DNA of 63,510 nucleotides, the filler included. It is 6 parts of 6 records of this genome, joined end to end, with 100 filler letters (N's around TTAATTAATTAA, not from the genome) between each part and the next. Parts side by side here need not be neighbours in the genome. Positions count along the whole stretch, not along the records: positions 14,330 to 43,505 come from SRR31156797_45675; 5 more parts are not named here. One strand, given 5' to 3'. Positions 29,216 to 38,271 of this stretch are shown one piece after another (within the stretch, counting starts at the first letter, position 1; each line of letters opens with the position of its first letter). The translations under genes and the position numbers were made by a program. The notes beneath the pieces were generated by a model. That model did not search any database, was not told the DNA's origin, and worked only from the letters and a program-made list of their open reading frames with translations.

Positions 29216-30355
29216 CTATGGCAGACAAAGCTCCCTGCAAAATGTGTGAATCGGAAGGACTCTAACGCCATTTTTTTCATAGTCCCTGTTACCTTCATGG
29301 ACCTGGTAAAATCTGGGTATAGAGGTTCTTTTCATGAAGTAAAAGAGGGAAGGATGAATGTTTTTCTCACCGCTTTTACATTCAACCGCAAACATGGGTC
29401 TGCCCTCTTTTAAGACAACAAAATCGATTTCGCGTTTGTCCGTATCCCTCAAAAAACGAAGATCCATGTTAAAACCTTCGGTGTCTTCCATGAAATGACA
29501 ATACTTCAGAAGTTGGGAGGCCACGAAATTTTCAAACCTCGGACCGGCATCCGGGACAATGGACCAGTCCCACAGATAAAGCTTCTGTTCTTTTTTCACA
29601 GCCCGTACTTTTGAGGGTCCATAGGGAGGGATGCGATAACAATAATACATTCGTTCAAAGATTTTCAGCCAGCGCTCCACGGTTTCATGGGCAACCTGCA
29701 GCAGTTCCTTCAAGTTTTTTACTGAAAGGGGGGCGCCCACCCTGTTGGGGATCTCTGTCGCCAGCAATTCAAGAAGGCTTATCTCTTTGATGTTTTCAAG
29801 ATCCCGGATATCTTCGTAAATGACCCTCTGGAGTCTCTCTCTTTGCCATCTTCTCCAGAATTTTTCGTCCGCCTTTAAAAAAGGCTCGGGAAAACCTCCG
29901 AATTTAAGCATGTCCTGAACATCACTTGCCGAAGGGTTGGCATTAACCTCCTGAAGGGAAAAAGGGTGAAGTCGGTAATAATGATATCTTCCCTGAAGGG
30001 AGTCTCCGCCCTTGCTGTAATAATCCAATCTTGCGGAGCCGGTGATGATAAAAGAAACCTCCGATCTTTTTGTATCATAGAAACCTTTGACGAGATTGCG
30101 CCATCTCGCATATTTATGGATTTCGTCCAACACGATAATGTTTTCGTTCGGAGGCAATTCTCCTCTCAACAACGATGCATGGGTCAAAATATTATCCCAG
30201 TTCAGGTAGGCGGGATTCCTTTCAAAGGGTTCGGAAAGAAACGTTAAAGCAAACGTCGTCTTACCGACCTGCCTGGGGCCGCCGACAAACACCATCTTGT
30301 TTTTGAGGTCTTCATGAACCGGGTTGCTGAGGTATCGTTCATATATCTTCGCCAT
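29216..30355 (-). CDS. AAA+ ATPase (AAA_14 + DUF4143 type)
   Basis: GPRQVGKT; LDEIH; TGSA; GGFPE; EIDFV...VECK. Confidence 0.88.
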   Translation of the reverse strand: MAKIYERYLSNPVHEDLKNKMVFVGGPRQVGKTTFALTFLSEPFERNPAYLNWDNILTHASLLRGELPPNENIIVLDEIHKYARWRNLVKGFYDTKRSEVSFIITGSARLDYYSKGGDSLQGRYHYYRLHPFSLQEVNANPSASDVQDMLKFGGFPEPFLKADEKFWRRWQRERLQRVIYEDIRDLENIKEISLLELLATEIPNRVGAPLSVKNLKELLQVAHETVERWLKIFERMYYCYRIPPYGPSKVRAVKKEQKLYLWDWSIVPDAGPRFENFVASQLLKYCHFMEDTEGFNMDLRFLRDTDKREIDFVVLKEGRPMFAVECKSGEKNIHPSLFYFMKRTSIPRFYQVHEGNRDYEKNGVRVLPIHTFCRELCLP

Positions 30356-30591
30356 AGCAACATCACCATAACACGACTTTTCTCATGAGTAAAGTAGAGT
30401 CAATATGATTTTAGTCCAAAAGAATCTTTTTTTGAACATCGACACTCATCTCACAAGAAATCAATACCTAATCAAAGTTTATCCCTATGGCCATCAGTTT
30501 CAGATCTTTTTGAGAAAATGACCCAATGAATTTGGAAAGGAGAGTCATACAACGACCCGATACCAACCTTAGAGATGGGAGGGAATAGACC

Positions 30592-31531
30592 GTGAATATG
30601 AACGATGCTTCACCTTACCCCCGCGATTTCCGCGGATACGGCGGCAACCCGCCCGATCCCCAATGGCCCGGTAACGCCCGCGTGACCGTGTCGCTCTTGG
30701 TAAACGTCGAGGCCGGTTCGGAGCTATCGCTGGCGGAAGGGGATGAGCGTAACGAAAGTGTGTACGAAATTGTGGAACCCGTGGAGGGGGTCCCAACTAC
30801 TGTCTCGCGTCCCATTTCGATTACGGCCCGCGCGCCGGTTACTGGCGAATCATGCGGACCCTTGAACGTTTCGATGCGCCCTGTACCATAAGCGCCGCCG
30901 GTCGGGCCATCGAGCGTTCTCCATGGCTGGCCGAGGATGCGGTAGCCCGCGGTCACGAAATATCCTGTCACAGCTATCGTTGGGAGAGACATGCCGAGAT
31001 GGGAGAGGCCCATGAGCGGGAGGTAATTTTCAAGTCCGTCAACGCCCTTCGAAAGGGAGCCGGGGTGCGTCCCGTGGGATGGCACACCAAGGGCGCCCCA
31101 TCACCCAACACACGACGACTGCTCTTTATGGAGGGCGGGTTTCTCTACGATTCGGACGCCTACGATGACGACCTGCCCCATGTGGTGGAGATCGCGGGGA
31201 GGGGGCATGTGGTTGTGCCGTACGCCTTCGATACCAATGACATGCGTTTCATGGTCGGTGGAAATTTCGTGCACGCCGAGGATTTCGCACGCTACTGCAT
31301 CGACGCCTTCGACACCCTGTGGCGCGAGGGGGAGCGGCACCCGGCCATGATGTCGGTGGCCACCCCCGATTGTGCGGTCGACCGGGCCGCATCGCCGGGC
31401 TTGAGCGTTTCCTGGAACACGTTCGTGCGAAAGGTTGCGTCTGGCTTGCGCGCCGCATGGACATCGCACACCACTGGCGTGCTTTGATGGGGCTCCCGGA
31501 ATGGACCGACAGCAGCGAGTCCGGGAGATAG
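30592..31531 (+). pseudogene. Polysaccharide deacetylase / PuuE allantoinase-like gene with two frameshifts
   Basis: RDFRGYG..PP.P.WPGNAR; GHEISCHSYRW; LYDSDAYDDDLP; DTNDMRF; HPRLCGRPGR spread over three frames (shifts near 30793 and 31358). Confidence 0.82.
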
Positions 31532-31636
31532 GAGATCTCTTGCCGAAAAAGGCGGACACCCTTGTAAATGGGACTACAATTATTCACACACCTGGCCACC
31601 CTCAATACCCGGAACCAATGAGAGGGTTCACCCTTG

Positions 31637-32302
31637 TTATTGCCACCCTGAGCGAATGGGGTCGTTGATGTCCGTTTCGTTTTCCACCGCTGGGGCGACG
31701 GCTGCTCTCACACCTTGAACCTGGGTTTCCACCGACATGCTGGGCATCCCCAGGTTGATTTCGAGAGCGGCAGTGACGGGCAAGGCCGGTAGATGGATCC
31801 AGCCGGCGCGGATGGGCAGCCCCAGCCGGGCGATATGATTGAGCACACCGTACATGAGCAGATTGCAGCCGAAGGTTCCGGCCGTGTCGGAGATATCGGA
31901 GGGAACGCCTGCACGGCGCATGGCTTGGACCATGGCGCGGATGGGCAATGTGGCGTAATAGGCAACCGGCCCTTCGGACACCACCGGTTTGTCCTGAGGC
32001 CGCGAGTTTGATAAATCACCCATATCGTAACGTGTGGCGTCTATCAGGTTTTGAGCGAGACGCTCCACGGTAATCATGCTGCGCCCGCCAAATTCGCCCA
32101 TCATGATCACCATATCAGGTGAAACCCGGTCCATTTCATCGGTCACCACACCCACCATTTCATGGAAAATACTCGGCGCAATCACCGTGCCGATTGTTGC
32201 GTCCCCCACGGTTTCGCCATCCAGTGCATCCGCCACCACCTTGGCGGGATTGTCGGAACTACGCGCCCAATCTCCAAAGCCCGTTAGCAAAATCTTCTTC
32301 AT
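31637..32302 (-). CDS. pcp: Pyroglutamyl-peptidase I
   Basis: ILLTGF; VERLAQN; AGTFGCN; IHLP. Confidence 0.9.
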   Translation of the reverse strand: MKKILLTGFGDWARSSDNPAKVVADALDGETVGDATIGTVIAPSIFHEMVGVVTDEMDRVSPDMVIMMGEFGGRSMITVERLAQNLIDATRYDMGDLSNSRPQDKPVVSEGPVAYYATLPIRAMVQAMRRAGVPSDISDTAGTFGCNLLMYGVLNHIARLGLPIRAGWIHLPALPVTAALEINLGMPSMSVETQVQGVRAAVAPAVENETDINDPIRSGWQ

Positions 32303-32424
32303 CTTTCCCTCCCGGTTGAGGTTTGAACTCACGCCTAGACGATGTTATGGAAATTGTCCAAGCCTAGGGGTTTTCAAAAGCCCACGGAAAGACTATATTC
32401 AATTGAGGAAAAAAGACAAAGAAT

Positions 32425-32634
32425 TTAAATCAAAATGGTATCAATCATCTTCTCGATATGAGACGGTGTTATGATCGCTTTAAGGTATTCGGGGCCATTG
32501 GAATCCAGGTTACCGCTTTTGAGGAATTGGATGATCTTTCCCATGGCTTGATCGGTATCCAGCCCCTTCTTCCGTGCTAGGGACACCAGTTTCTCCCGAT
32601 GTCCATGGGATATGATGTTCAAGTATTCCTGCAT
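32425..32634 (-). CDS. Small hypothetical protein
   Basis: 69-aa ORF with AGGAG-like RBS; no recognisable motif. Confidence 0.5.
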   Translation of the reverse strand: MQEYLNIISHGHREKLVSLARKKGLDTDQAMGKIIQFLKSGNLDSNGPEYLKAIITPSHIEKMIDTILI

Positions 32635-32733
32635 CGACCTCTCTCCTTTGCGGGATTTGTTTTTTGATCAGAACCCCCGAACAGACGGTTCAGAGGTTCT
32701 TTACGCGACGTTCATAGGTCATTCCCGGGTTTC

Positions 32734-33024
32734 TTAATTCTGTTGTTCAGTGTCTCTTCCTCTGTGGCCGGGGGGTGGATTATCAGGGCGCATGACCATC
32801 CGATCACCTTTCTGAACACAACTGCCCGTTACCGTATCCCCACGGGGGCTTACAAACTCGGCGGAATCCCCGGCGTTTTTGCCTTCACAGGCCGTATAAG
32901 CCTCAGGGGGCGGTCCGTGGTGTCTTCCGCCGGACCGCTGCCCTTCACTGTCCGATCCGAACGCGTTTACGGCACACAGGCCAACCATAACACTCGCCAT
33001 TGCGATTATTTTCATAATTTTCAT
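32734..33024 (-). CDS. Small exported protein with GPPPEA..AC...G.C motif
   Basis: RBS AAAGGAG; signal peptide; GPPPEAYTACEGK...TVTGSC. Confidence 0.8.
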   Translation of the reverse strand: MKIMKIIAMASVMVGLCAVNAFGSDSEGQRSGGRHHGPPPEAYTACEGKNAGDSAEFVSPRGDTVTGSCVQKGDRMVMRPDNPPPGHRGRDTEQQN

Positions 33025-33072
33025 GGATTGATCTCCTTTCATTTTGGGTTGATCCGTTTTCATGTTGACTTC

Positions 33073-33140
33073 AACGTATCACCTGTTCATAAATCCTTTA
33101 TCAGGAGCCTTTAAAGGATTTGTAAATATTGTGTAAAAAT
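33073..33140 (-). promoter_or_regulatory. Promoter with five 11-bp-phased half-sites (putative OmpR-family sites), copy 1
   Basis: 33088-33140 is 41/53 identical to 40010-40062; extended -10 TGaTACGTT on the minus strand. Confidence 0.7.
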
Positions 33141-33554
33141 GATCTTTATGGGAGGACAAACCGGATCATCCCGGTCCATGGAAACAAGGGGCATATAAGG
33201 GTGAACGGATATTGATCATTGATGAGAGGAACCCATGGGGGCACTAGGGATTCCGATTCAAATTTTTGTTGGTGGTAAAGGCGATTCTTTCAGGAATCCG
33301 TCTCGCCCATGGGCGGGGGGTCGCCTCGTAAATACTGACCTATTCATCAGCCAGCACCTTGATGCTTTCAGAGACCTGCTCCAGGGTCAACTCCAGGCTT
33401 TGTGAAAGCTGCAGACTGACGGTGCTCAGGCAGTCGGTGCTTTCCATGGCCTGAAGAGACCTTGTTGAATAACCGCATCCTCAGGGAATGGTAATCTCCA
33501 CCTGCACACTGTCCAACCATTGTGCATACGGATGTCCATCGGCATTGTCGTCCG

Positions 33555-34730
33555 CTACGAAATAACATGACGTTCCGGACAGAAATAGGTATCCCCTTCC
33601 ACGGAACCCAGGTACCAGCTGAACAACTGAGTGGCATAGGTGCTGACCAGCACACGGCCATCGGCCACTGTAAGGCCCGACAGATCCACCGGGCTTGATG
33701 GGGGCCAGTCTTCATTTGAAATGGTCCCCCCTTGGCCCGCATTTTCAAACAAGGTATTGAATGCCATGAGCAGATCCGCCAATTGCGTTTTCTGGTTCTC
33801 AGTCAATGCCGCCACGATGCCGCCGACCGTGCTTGCCCGGGCGTAGCTGATTTCCGCATCAATGGCGTACAAATCCGCCGTGAATTCCTTGACGGCGCTT
33901 TCATCCAGCCCACTGGTGCCATTAGGAAGGTCGTTCTCCAAGAGACGCCGGAACGCCTTCATCAGAACAAAGCGTTTATATCCATAGGCATCCACCAGGT
34001 CCCCCTGTGAATTGGCCAGGCTCACCAGGGCTTGAACCTGTGCGTTTGTCAGGATCGACAGGACACTGTCCGAAACCCTGCCCGCAAATTCCGTATTGTG
34101 ACCGAAACCGTTGGGCATGATGTCGCGCATATATTGAAACCCGAAAAAATCAGACACTTTTCCGGGCGGAAAAAAGGTGTCTGAACACAGGTCCCCGGTA
34201 AAAAATGCCAAACCGTTGAAGGCAATGGTTTTCATCTGGGCTTCATCCGAAATGGCCTGATCAATGGAAATATTGTTATCGCCTCCCGGATCGGGATCCG
34301 GCTCACCAAATGCTGCATTGCAGGCATCACGACAGTAGCGTCGATCTCCGCAAGCCAAAAGTTCAGTTTCATCGCAATATTTCTGGCACGTTTGCTCACT
34401 GCCGGTATCAACGGCAGCGGAATAATCGCCATCCGGTCCGAGGACCGACGGCGCCACGGTAATAAAATCGGAATTGTCGCTGAAGTCCTCCACGGCGCAC
34501 GCATCCCTGCAATCCTTCCGTTCCCCGGGATTTTCCAGGCAATCGCAACAGTCCTTGCACTGTGGTCCGTCAACGGTATTGTTCATGCAGGATTCATAGG
34601 TCAGTGTGTCCCCAAAGACGTTTCCCGCCGGACAGGATATCCCCATCAAGATTCCCATGAACAAAATACGCCATGCCGGAATTTTTCTTTTTGCCTTCAG
34701 GGTTACTGAAAACCATACGATGACGTTCAT
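33555..34730 (-). CDS. Exported hypothetical protein with Cys-rich N-terminal domain, possibly C-terminally truncated
   Basis: RBS AAAGGAG; CKDCCDC and CRDAC twice; no CxxCH; ends abruptly YFCPERHVIS. Confidence 0.7.
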   Translation of the reverse strand: MNVIVWFSVTLKAKRKIPAWRILFMGILMGISCPAGNVFGDTLTYESCMNNTVDGPQCKDCCDCLENPGERKDCRDACAVEDFSDNSDFITVAPSVLGPDGDYSAAVDTGSEQTCQKYCDETELLACGDRRYCRDACNAAFGEPDPDPGGDNNISIDQAISDEAQMKTIAFNGLAFFTGDLCSDTFFPPGKVSDFFGFQYMRDIMPNGFGHNTEFAGRVSDSVLSILTNAQVQALVSLANSQGDLVDAYGYKRFVLMKAFRRLLENDLPNGTSGLDESAVKEFTADLYAIDAEISYARASTVGGIVAALTENQKTQLADLLMAFNTLFENAGQGGTISNEDWPPSSPVDLSGLTVADGRVLVSTYATQLFSWYLGSVEGDTYFCPERHVIS

Positions 34731-34785
34731 GTTGTCTCCTTTCCAAATCAATTCTCACCTGCCTGCAGGTTCAACCAAGAAAAGG

Positions 34786-35160
34786 TTACTGATCCCGGTC
34801 TGAATTTTTCCCACCCATCTTTTTCCCGGCTGGGGGAGGATCCAGGGCGGTGATCTTTTCGGGATCAAAACCCGCGGCTTCGATGGCTTCCCGCTGACCC
34901 GGTCCTTGCCGGATCCCGGCTTCCCTGAAAGCGTTATTGATCGCTTTTGCATCCGCGGCCGTTAATTTCGATGAATCATATTGATTCAGGATGGAAACCA
35001 CTTTTAATTTCTGTTCATCAGACAACTGTTGGTCCTGATTTCGGTCTCCTTGGAGTGTCACTGGAGCATTATCCCCTGCCAGGACCGTACCCCAAAACAA
35101 GACACTTATGAAAGCCCATACCGATAAAAAAACAATCGCTCTTTTGGAAACATCTTTCAT
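34786..35160 (-). CDS. Small exported hypothetical protein
   Basis: GGAGG RBS; signal peptide ending VLA; helical core; DPPPAG tail. Confidence 0.8.
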   Translation of the reverse strand: MKDVSKRAIVFLSVWAFISVLFWGTVLAGDNAPVTLQGDRNQDQQLSDEQKLKVVSILNQYDSSKLTAADAKAINNAFREAGIRQGPGQREAIEAAGFDPEKITALDPPPAGKKMGGKNSDRDQ

Positions 35161-35212
35161 AGTAACCTCCCATTAATTTAATGTTTGATTTAAATTGCTC
35201 TTGATTGCCCCC

Positions 35213-35324
35213 ATCTTAAACCCTGAAAATGAACACAACATGAACCGTCACTTATTTTTTTGGGATTTATTTTTTTTAATTTCGTTTAGCTTTTCATTTT
35301 CAATTCATTTTATTGTGGTAGTGT
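35213..35324. promoter_or_regulatory. Back-to-back promoters, each with a TTCAT-N6-TTCAT direct repeat
   Basis: Plus: TTCAT 35293 and 35304, then TAGTGT 35319. Minus: TTCAT pair 35244-35229, then TAAGAT 35218-35213. Both have a 10-nt gap. Confidence 0.6.
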
Positions 35325-35352
35325 CTCTTGAAACGGTGGGGAATGATAACGC

Positions 35353-36024
35353 ATGAGAATCCTTCTTGTGGATGACGATAAAAGATTGTGCGATACGCTC
35401 AAACGGGGATTGGAAGAGAATGCCCATGCGGTGGATTGCGTCCATGATGGGGACGAAGGGTATTATTATGCCGAAACAACCCCCTATGATCTGATCATAC
35501 TGGATGTCATGATGCCGCTAAGGGATGGCATTGAGGTATGCGGGGCGCTACGCGCAAAAAAGGTACTCACCCCCATCCTGATGCTCACCGCAAAGGACAC
35601 GGTTGAAGACCGGGTGCTGGGGCTGGATACGGGGGCCGACGATTACCTGGTCAAGCCTTTCGCATTTCCCGAACTGATGGCCCGGGTGCGCGCCCTGTTG
35701 CGGCGAAAAAGCGCGTCCAAATCATCCAAGGTGTGCGTTGGCGACCTTGTTCTGGATACGGTCACCCGGGAAGTCACGTGGCAGGACAGGCCCGTCGACC
35801 TGACCACCAAGGAGTTTGCCATTTTGGAATACCTGATGCACCACCCCGATGAAGTGATCACCCGGACCATGATTGAAGAACATGCCTGGGACTACGCCCT
35901 TGACAGCATTTCCAACCTGGTGGATGTCTATATCAGACGCATACGGCAGAAGATCGACCCGGACAAGGGCAAAGGGATCATCACCACCATCAGAGGCGCG
36001 GGCTACCGGCTCAAAACCCCATGA
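35353..36024 (+). CDS. OmpR-family response regulator
   Basis: LDVMMP; GADDYLVKPF; SNLVDVYIRRIR; TIRGAGY. Confidence 0.94.
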   Translation: MRILLVDDDKRLCDTLKRGLEENAHAVDCVHDGDEGYYYAETTPYDLIILDVMMPLRDGIEVCGALRAKKVLTPILMLTAKDTVEDRVLGLDTGADDYLVKPFAFPELMARVRALLRRKSASKSSKVCVGDLVLDTVTREVTWQDRPVDLTTKEFAILEYLMHHPDEVITRTMIEEHAWDYALDSISNLVDVYIRRIRQKIDPDKGKGIITTIRGAGYRLKTP

Positions 36025-37604
36025 ACTTTTTCAACAGTATAAAATTCAGATTTACCCTCTGGTACCTGACCATCCTGGGAGCGATTCTGATGCTGCTGGG
36101 AACCGGCATATACCTGGCTCTTTCGGACCGATTACACCGAAACCTGGACCATGCACTCAAGACACGGGCGGAACAGCTCGTGGGATTCAGGGACATCATG
36201 GCCATTGTGGGCGGAGGGACCTTCGAGGAAGAGCCGGGTGAAGCGGTATCTTTCTATTATTATTCCGGGGACCAATTAACGAAGATCTCCCAGAAAGAGC
36301 GAAGTGTTCCCGTCCATAAAGCCTGGATCGGCCGGATCCTTGCCGGAGAGAGTGGTTTCATGAGCATCAATACCGAAAAGGAAGGTCCTCTCAGGATCTA
36401 TGCCATGCCCTACACGCCGGAAAACAGAAGGATCAGGCTCGATCAATTCAGGAAAAAGGGGCCTGAAAGACCGAGAGAACCGCCGGCAAACCGCGGGGCG
36501 GCATTTGACGGTAGGCCCCGGTCATGGGAGCGCCACCCTCCACCCCGAGAACCGGGCAGATCCCCAGAACCGCCCCTGCGGGAAAGGGCCGAAGCCCGCC
36601 CGGAACCGCCTGAAAGGATTATTGAGGTTCGCCGGGCCGCCATGGTGGTGGCCCGGTCCATGAAGGGCTTGGAGACCGTGCTTGAGTTGCTCGTTCAGGT
36701 CCTCCTGACGGCCCTACCCATAACCCTGATTCTGGCCGGCGGCGGCGGGGTATTTTTACTGCGACGCGCCCTAAAACCGGTGGAACAGATCACGAATGCA
36801 GCCCATGAAATTGAAGAAATAGACCTGAGCAGGCGCATTAACGTCAGCACAAAGGATGAATTGGGCCGGCTTGCCTCGACCCTGAACCGAATGATCGAAA
36901 GGCTGGAAAAAGCATTTCAGCGCCAGAAGGAATTGACCGGGGACGCGTCCCACGAATTGCGGGCGCCCTTGGCTGTTATTCAGGCGGAAGCCACACTTGC
37001 ACTTCAGCGGGAACGGGACCCTGATTCTTACCGAAAATCCCTGGAAATGATCGCCCGGGAAACAGACCATATGTCAGGGACCCTGAAGCAGCTCCTGACA
37101 CTGGCCCGGGCCGATTCCGGAAAAGAGGAAATGGCTTTCAGGGGGGTGGAACTGGTCCCCTTCCTCACGGGATTGTGTGAGGATATGACGATCCTGTGCC
37201 GGGAGAAGGGACAAACCCTTCATCATGAATTGGGTGACCCGATCACCATCAAAGGGGATCCGCAAGCCTTGCGGAACATGTTGGCCAACCTTATCACCAA
37301 CGCCATCCGGTATACCCCGGAAGGCGGGGTCATTACCGTTTCCCTGTACCGGGAGGGATCAATGGCCGTTGTTGCCGTATCAGACACCGGCATGGGCATT
37401 CCGCCGAAGGCATTGCCTCACATATTCAAACGGTTCTACCGAGTGGACAAGGCCCGTTCCAGGGAAGCGGGCGGCAGCGGGCTGGGCCTGGCCATCTGCA
37501 AACACATCGCCCTGGCGCACGGGGGAACCATCCGGGTTGAAAGCCAAATCAACCAAGGCAGCACATTTCGCGTCCGATTGCCCCTGTACCATTACGCATC
37601 CTGA
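36021..37604 (+). CDS. HAMP sensor histidine kinase
   Basis: Two TMs; DASHELRAPL; DTGMGI; GSGLGL; Pro/Arg-rich extracytoplasmic insert. Confidence 0.93.
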   Translation: MNFFNSIKFRFTLWYLTILGAILMLLGTGIYLALSDRLHRNLDHALKTRAEQLVGFRDIMAIVGGGTFEEEPGEAVSFYYYSGDQLTKISQKERSVPVHKAWIGRILAGESGFMSINTEKEGPLRIYAMPYTPENRRIRLDQFRKKGPERPREPPANRGAAFDGRPRSWERHPPPREPGRSPEPPLRERAEARPEPPERIIEVRRAAMVVARSMKGLETVLELLVQVLLTALPITLILAGGGGVFLLRRALKPVEQITNAAHEIEEIDLSRRINVSTKDELGRLASTLNRMIERLEKAFQRQKELTGDASHELRAPLAVIQAEATLALQRERDPDSYRKSLEMIARETDHMSGTLKQLLTLARADSGKEEMAFRGVELVPFLTGLCEDMTILCREKGQTLHHELGDPITIKGDPQALRNMLANLITNAIRYTPEGGVITVSLYREGSMAVVAVSDTGMGIPPKALPHIFKRFYRVDKARSREAGGSGLGLAICKHIALAHGGTIRVESQINQGSTFRVRLPLYHYAS

Positions 37605-37718
37605 AAGAATCAATGGGAAGCCCCGGTTCCCGAAAGGGGGAATTGGGTCCTGTCATTGTCATACCTCCGGTATCGCACGGGCATTTCAAACCTTCCGGCA
37701 CCCCATATGCTTTCCCAT

Positions 37719-38150
37719 TTACCGGTTCTGTTGCACCCTTATGGGAGGCCCTTGCCGGGCCTCGCTCTCCTGTATGGTGCCGTTCCCGTCCAGGTCCAAC
37801 CTGTCAAAATGATCGGCCGGACCCGAAAATTCGGCGCGGGACACAACGCCGTCCCCATCCGCATCGTCTTCCTGGAATTTCCCGGGCACACGACCGCTCC
37901 GTCCCCTTGGCCGGGGGGCCTGCCGGGCTTCTTCCCGGCTGATGAACCCGTCGCCGTCAAGATCAATTTCGGTGAAATGCTCGTCCGGACCGGGGAACTC
38001 GTCTTGCGACACCTTACCATCCCCATCCCGGTCATCATGCTCGATCATACCCCGGGCCGGATTTCCCGGGCTTTCCTCGAAAGCGGATGCTAAACCAATT
38101 GTCATGGCGGTTAAAGCCAGAACGAACAGCATCAACTTGATCTTCTCCAT
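37719..38150 (-). CDS. Exported EF-hand protein (four Ca2+-binding loops)
   Basis: Signal peptide; DRDGDGKVSQDE, DLDGDGFISREE, DADGDGVVSRAE, DLDGNGTIQESE. Confidence 0.88.
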   Translation of the reverse strand: MEKIKLMLFVLALTAMTIGLASAFEESPGNPARGMIEHDDRDGDGKVSQDEFPGPDEHFTEIDLDGDGFISREEARQAPRPRGRSGRVPGKFQEDDADGDGVVSRAEFSGPADHFDRLDLDGNGTIQESEARQGPPIRVQQNR

Positions 38151-38271
38151 GCTCAAATCTCCTCTACCTGGGACTTCTTCTGAACCCCTGCTCACGATTC
38201 CTCGAAGAGGCTTCATCTTTCCACCCGCCTTTTTATAAAGCCTCTCCAAGGCTGCATTGTACAATCCCGGG

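Noticed and set aside
29216-30355. AAA/DUF4143 ATPase as a new defence system
   Set aside because: It is a solitary member of a widespread family with no partner genes; nothing here supports a specific system
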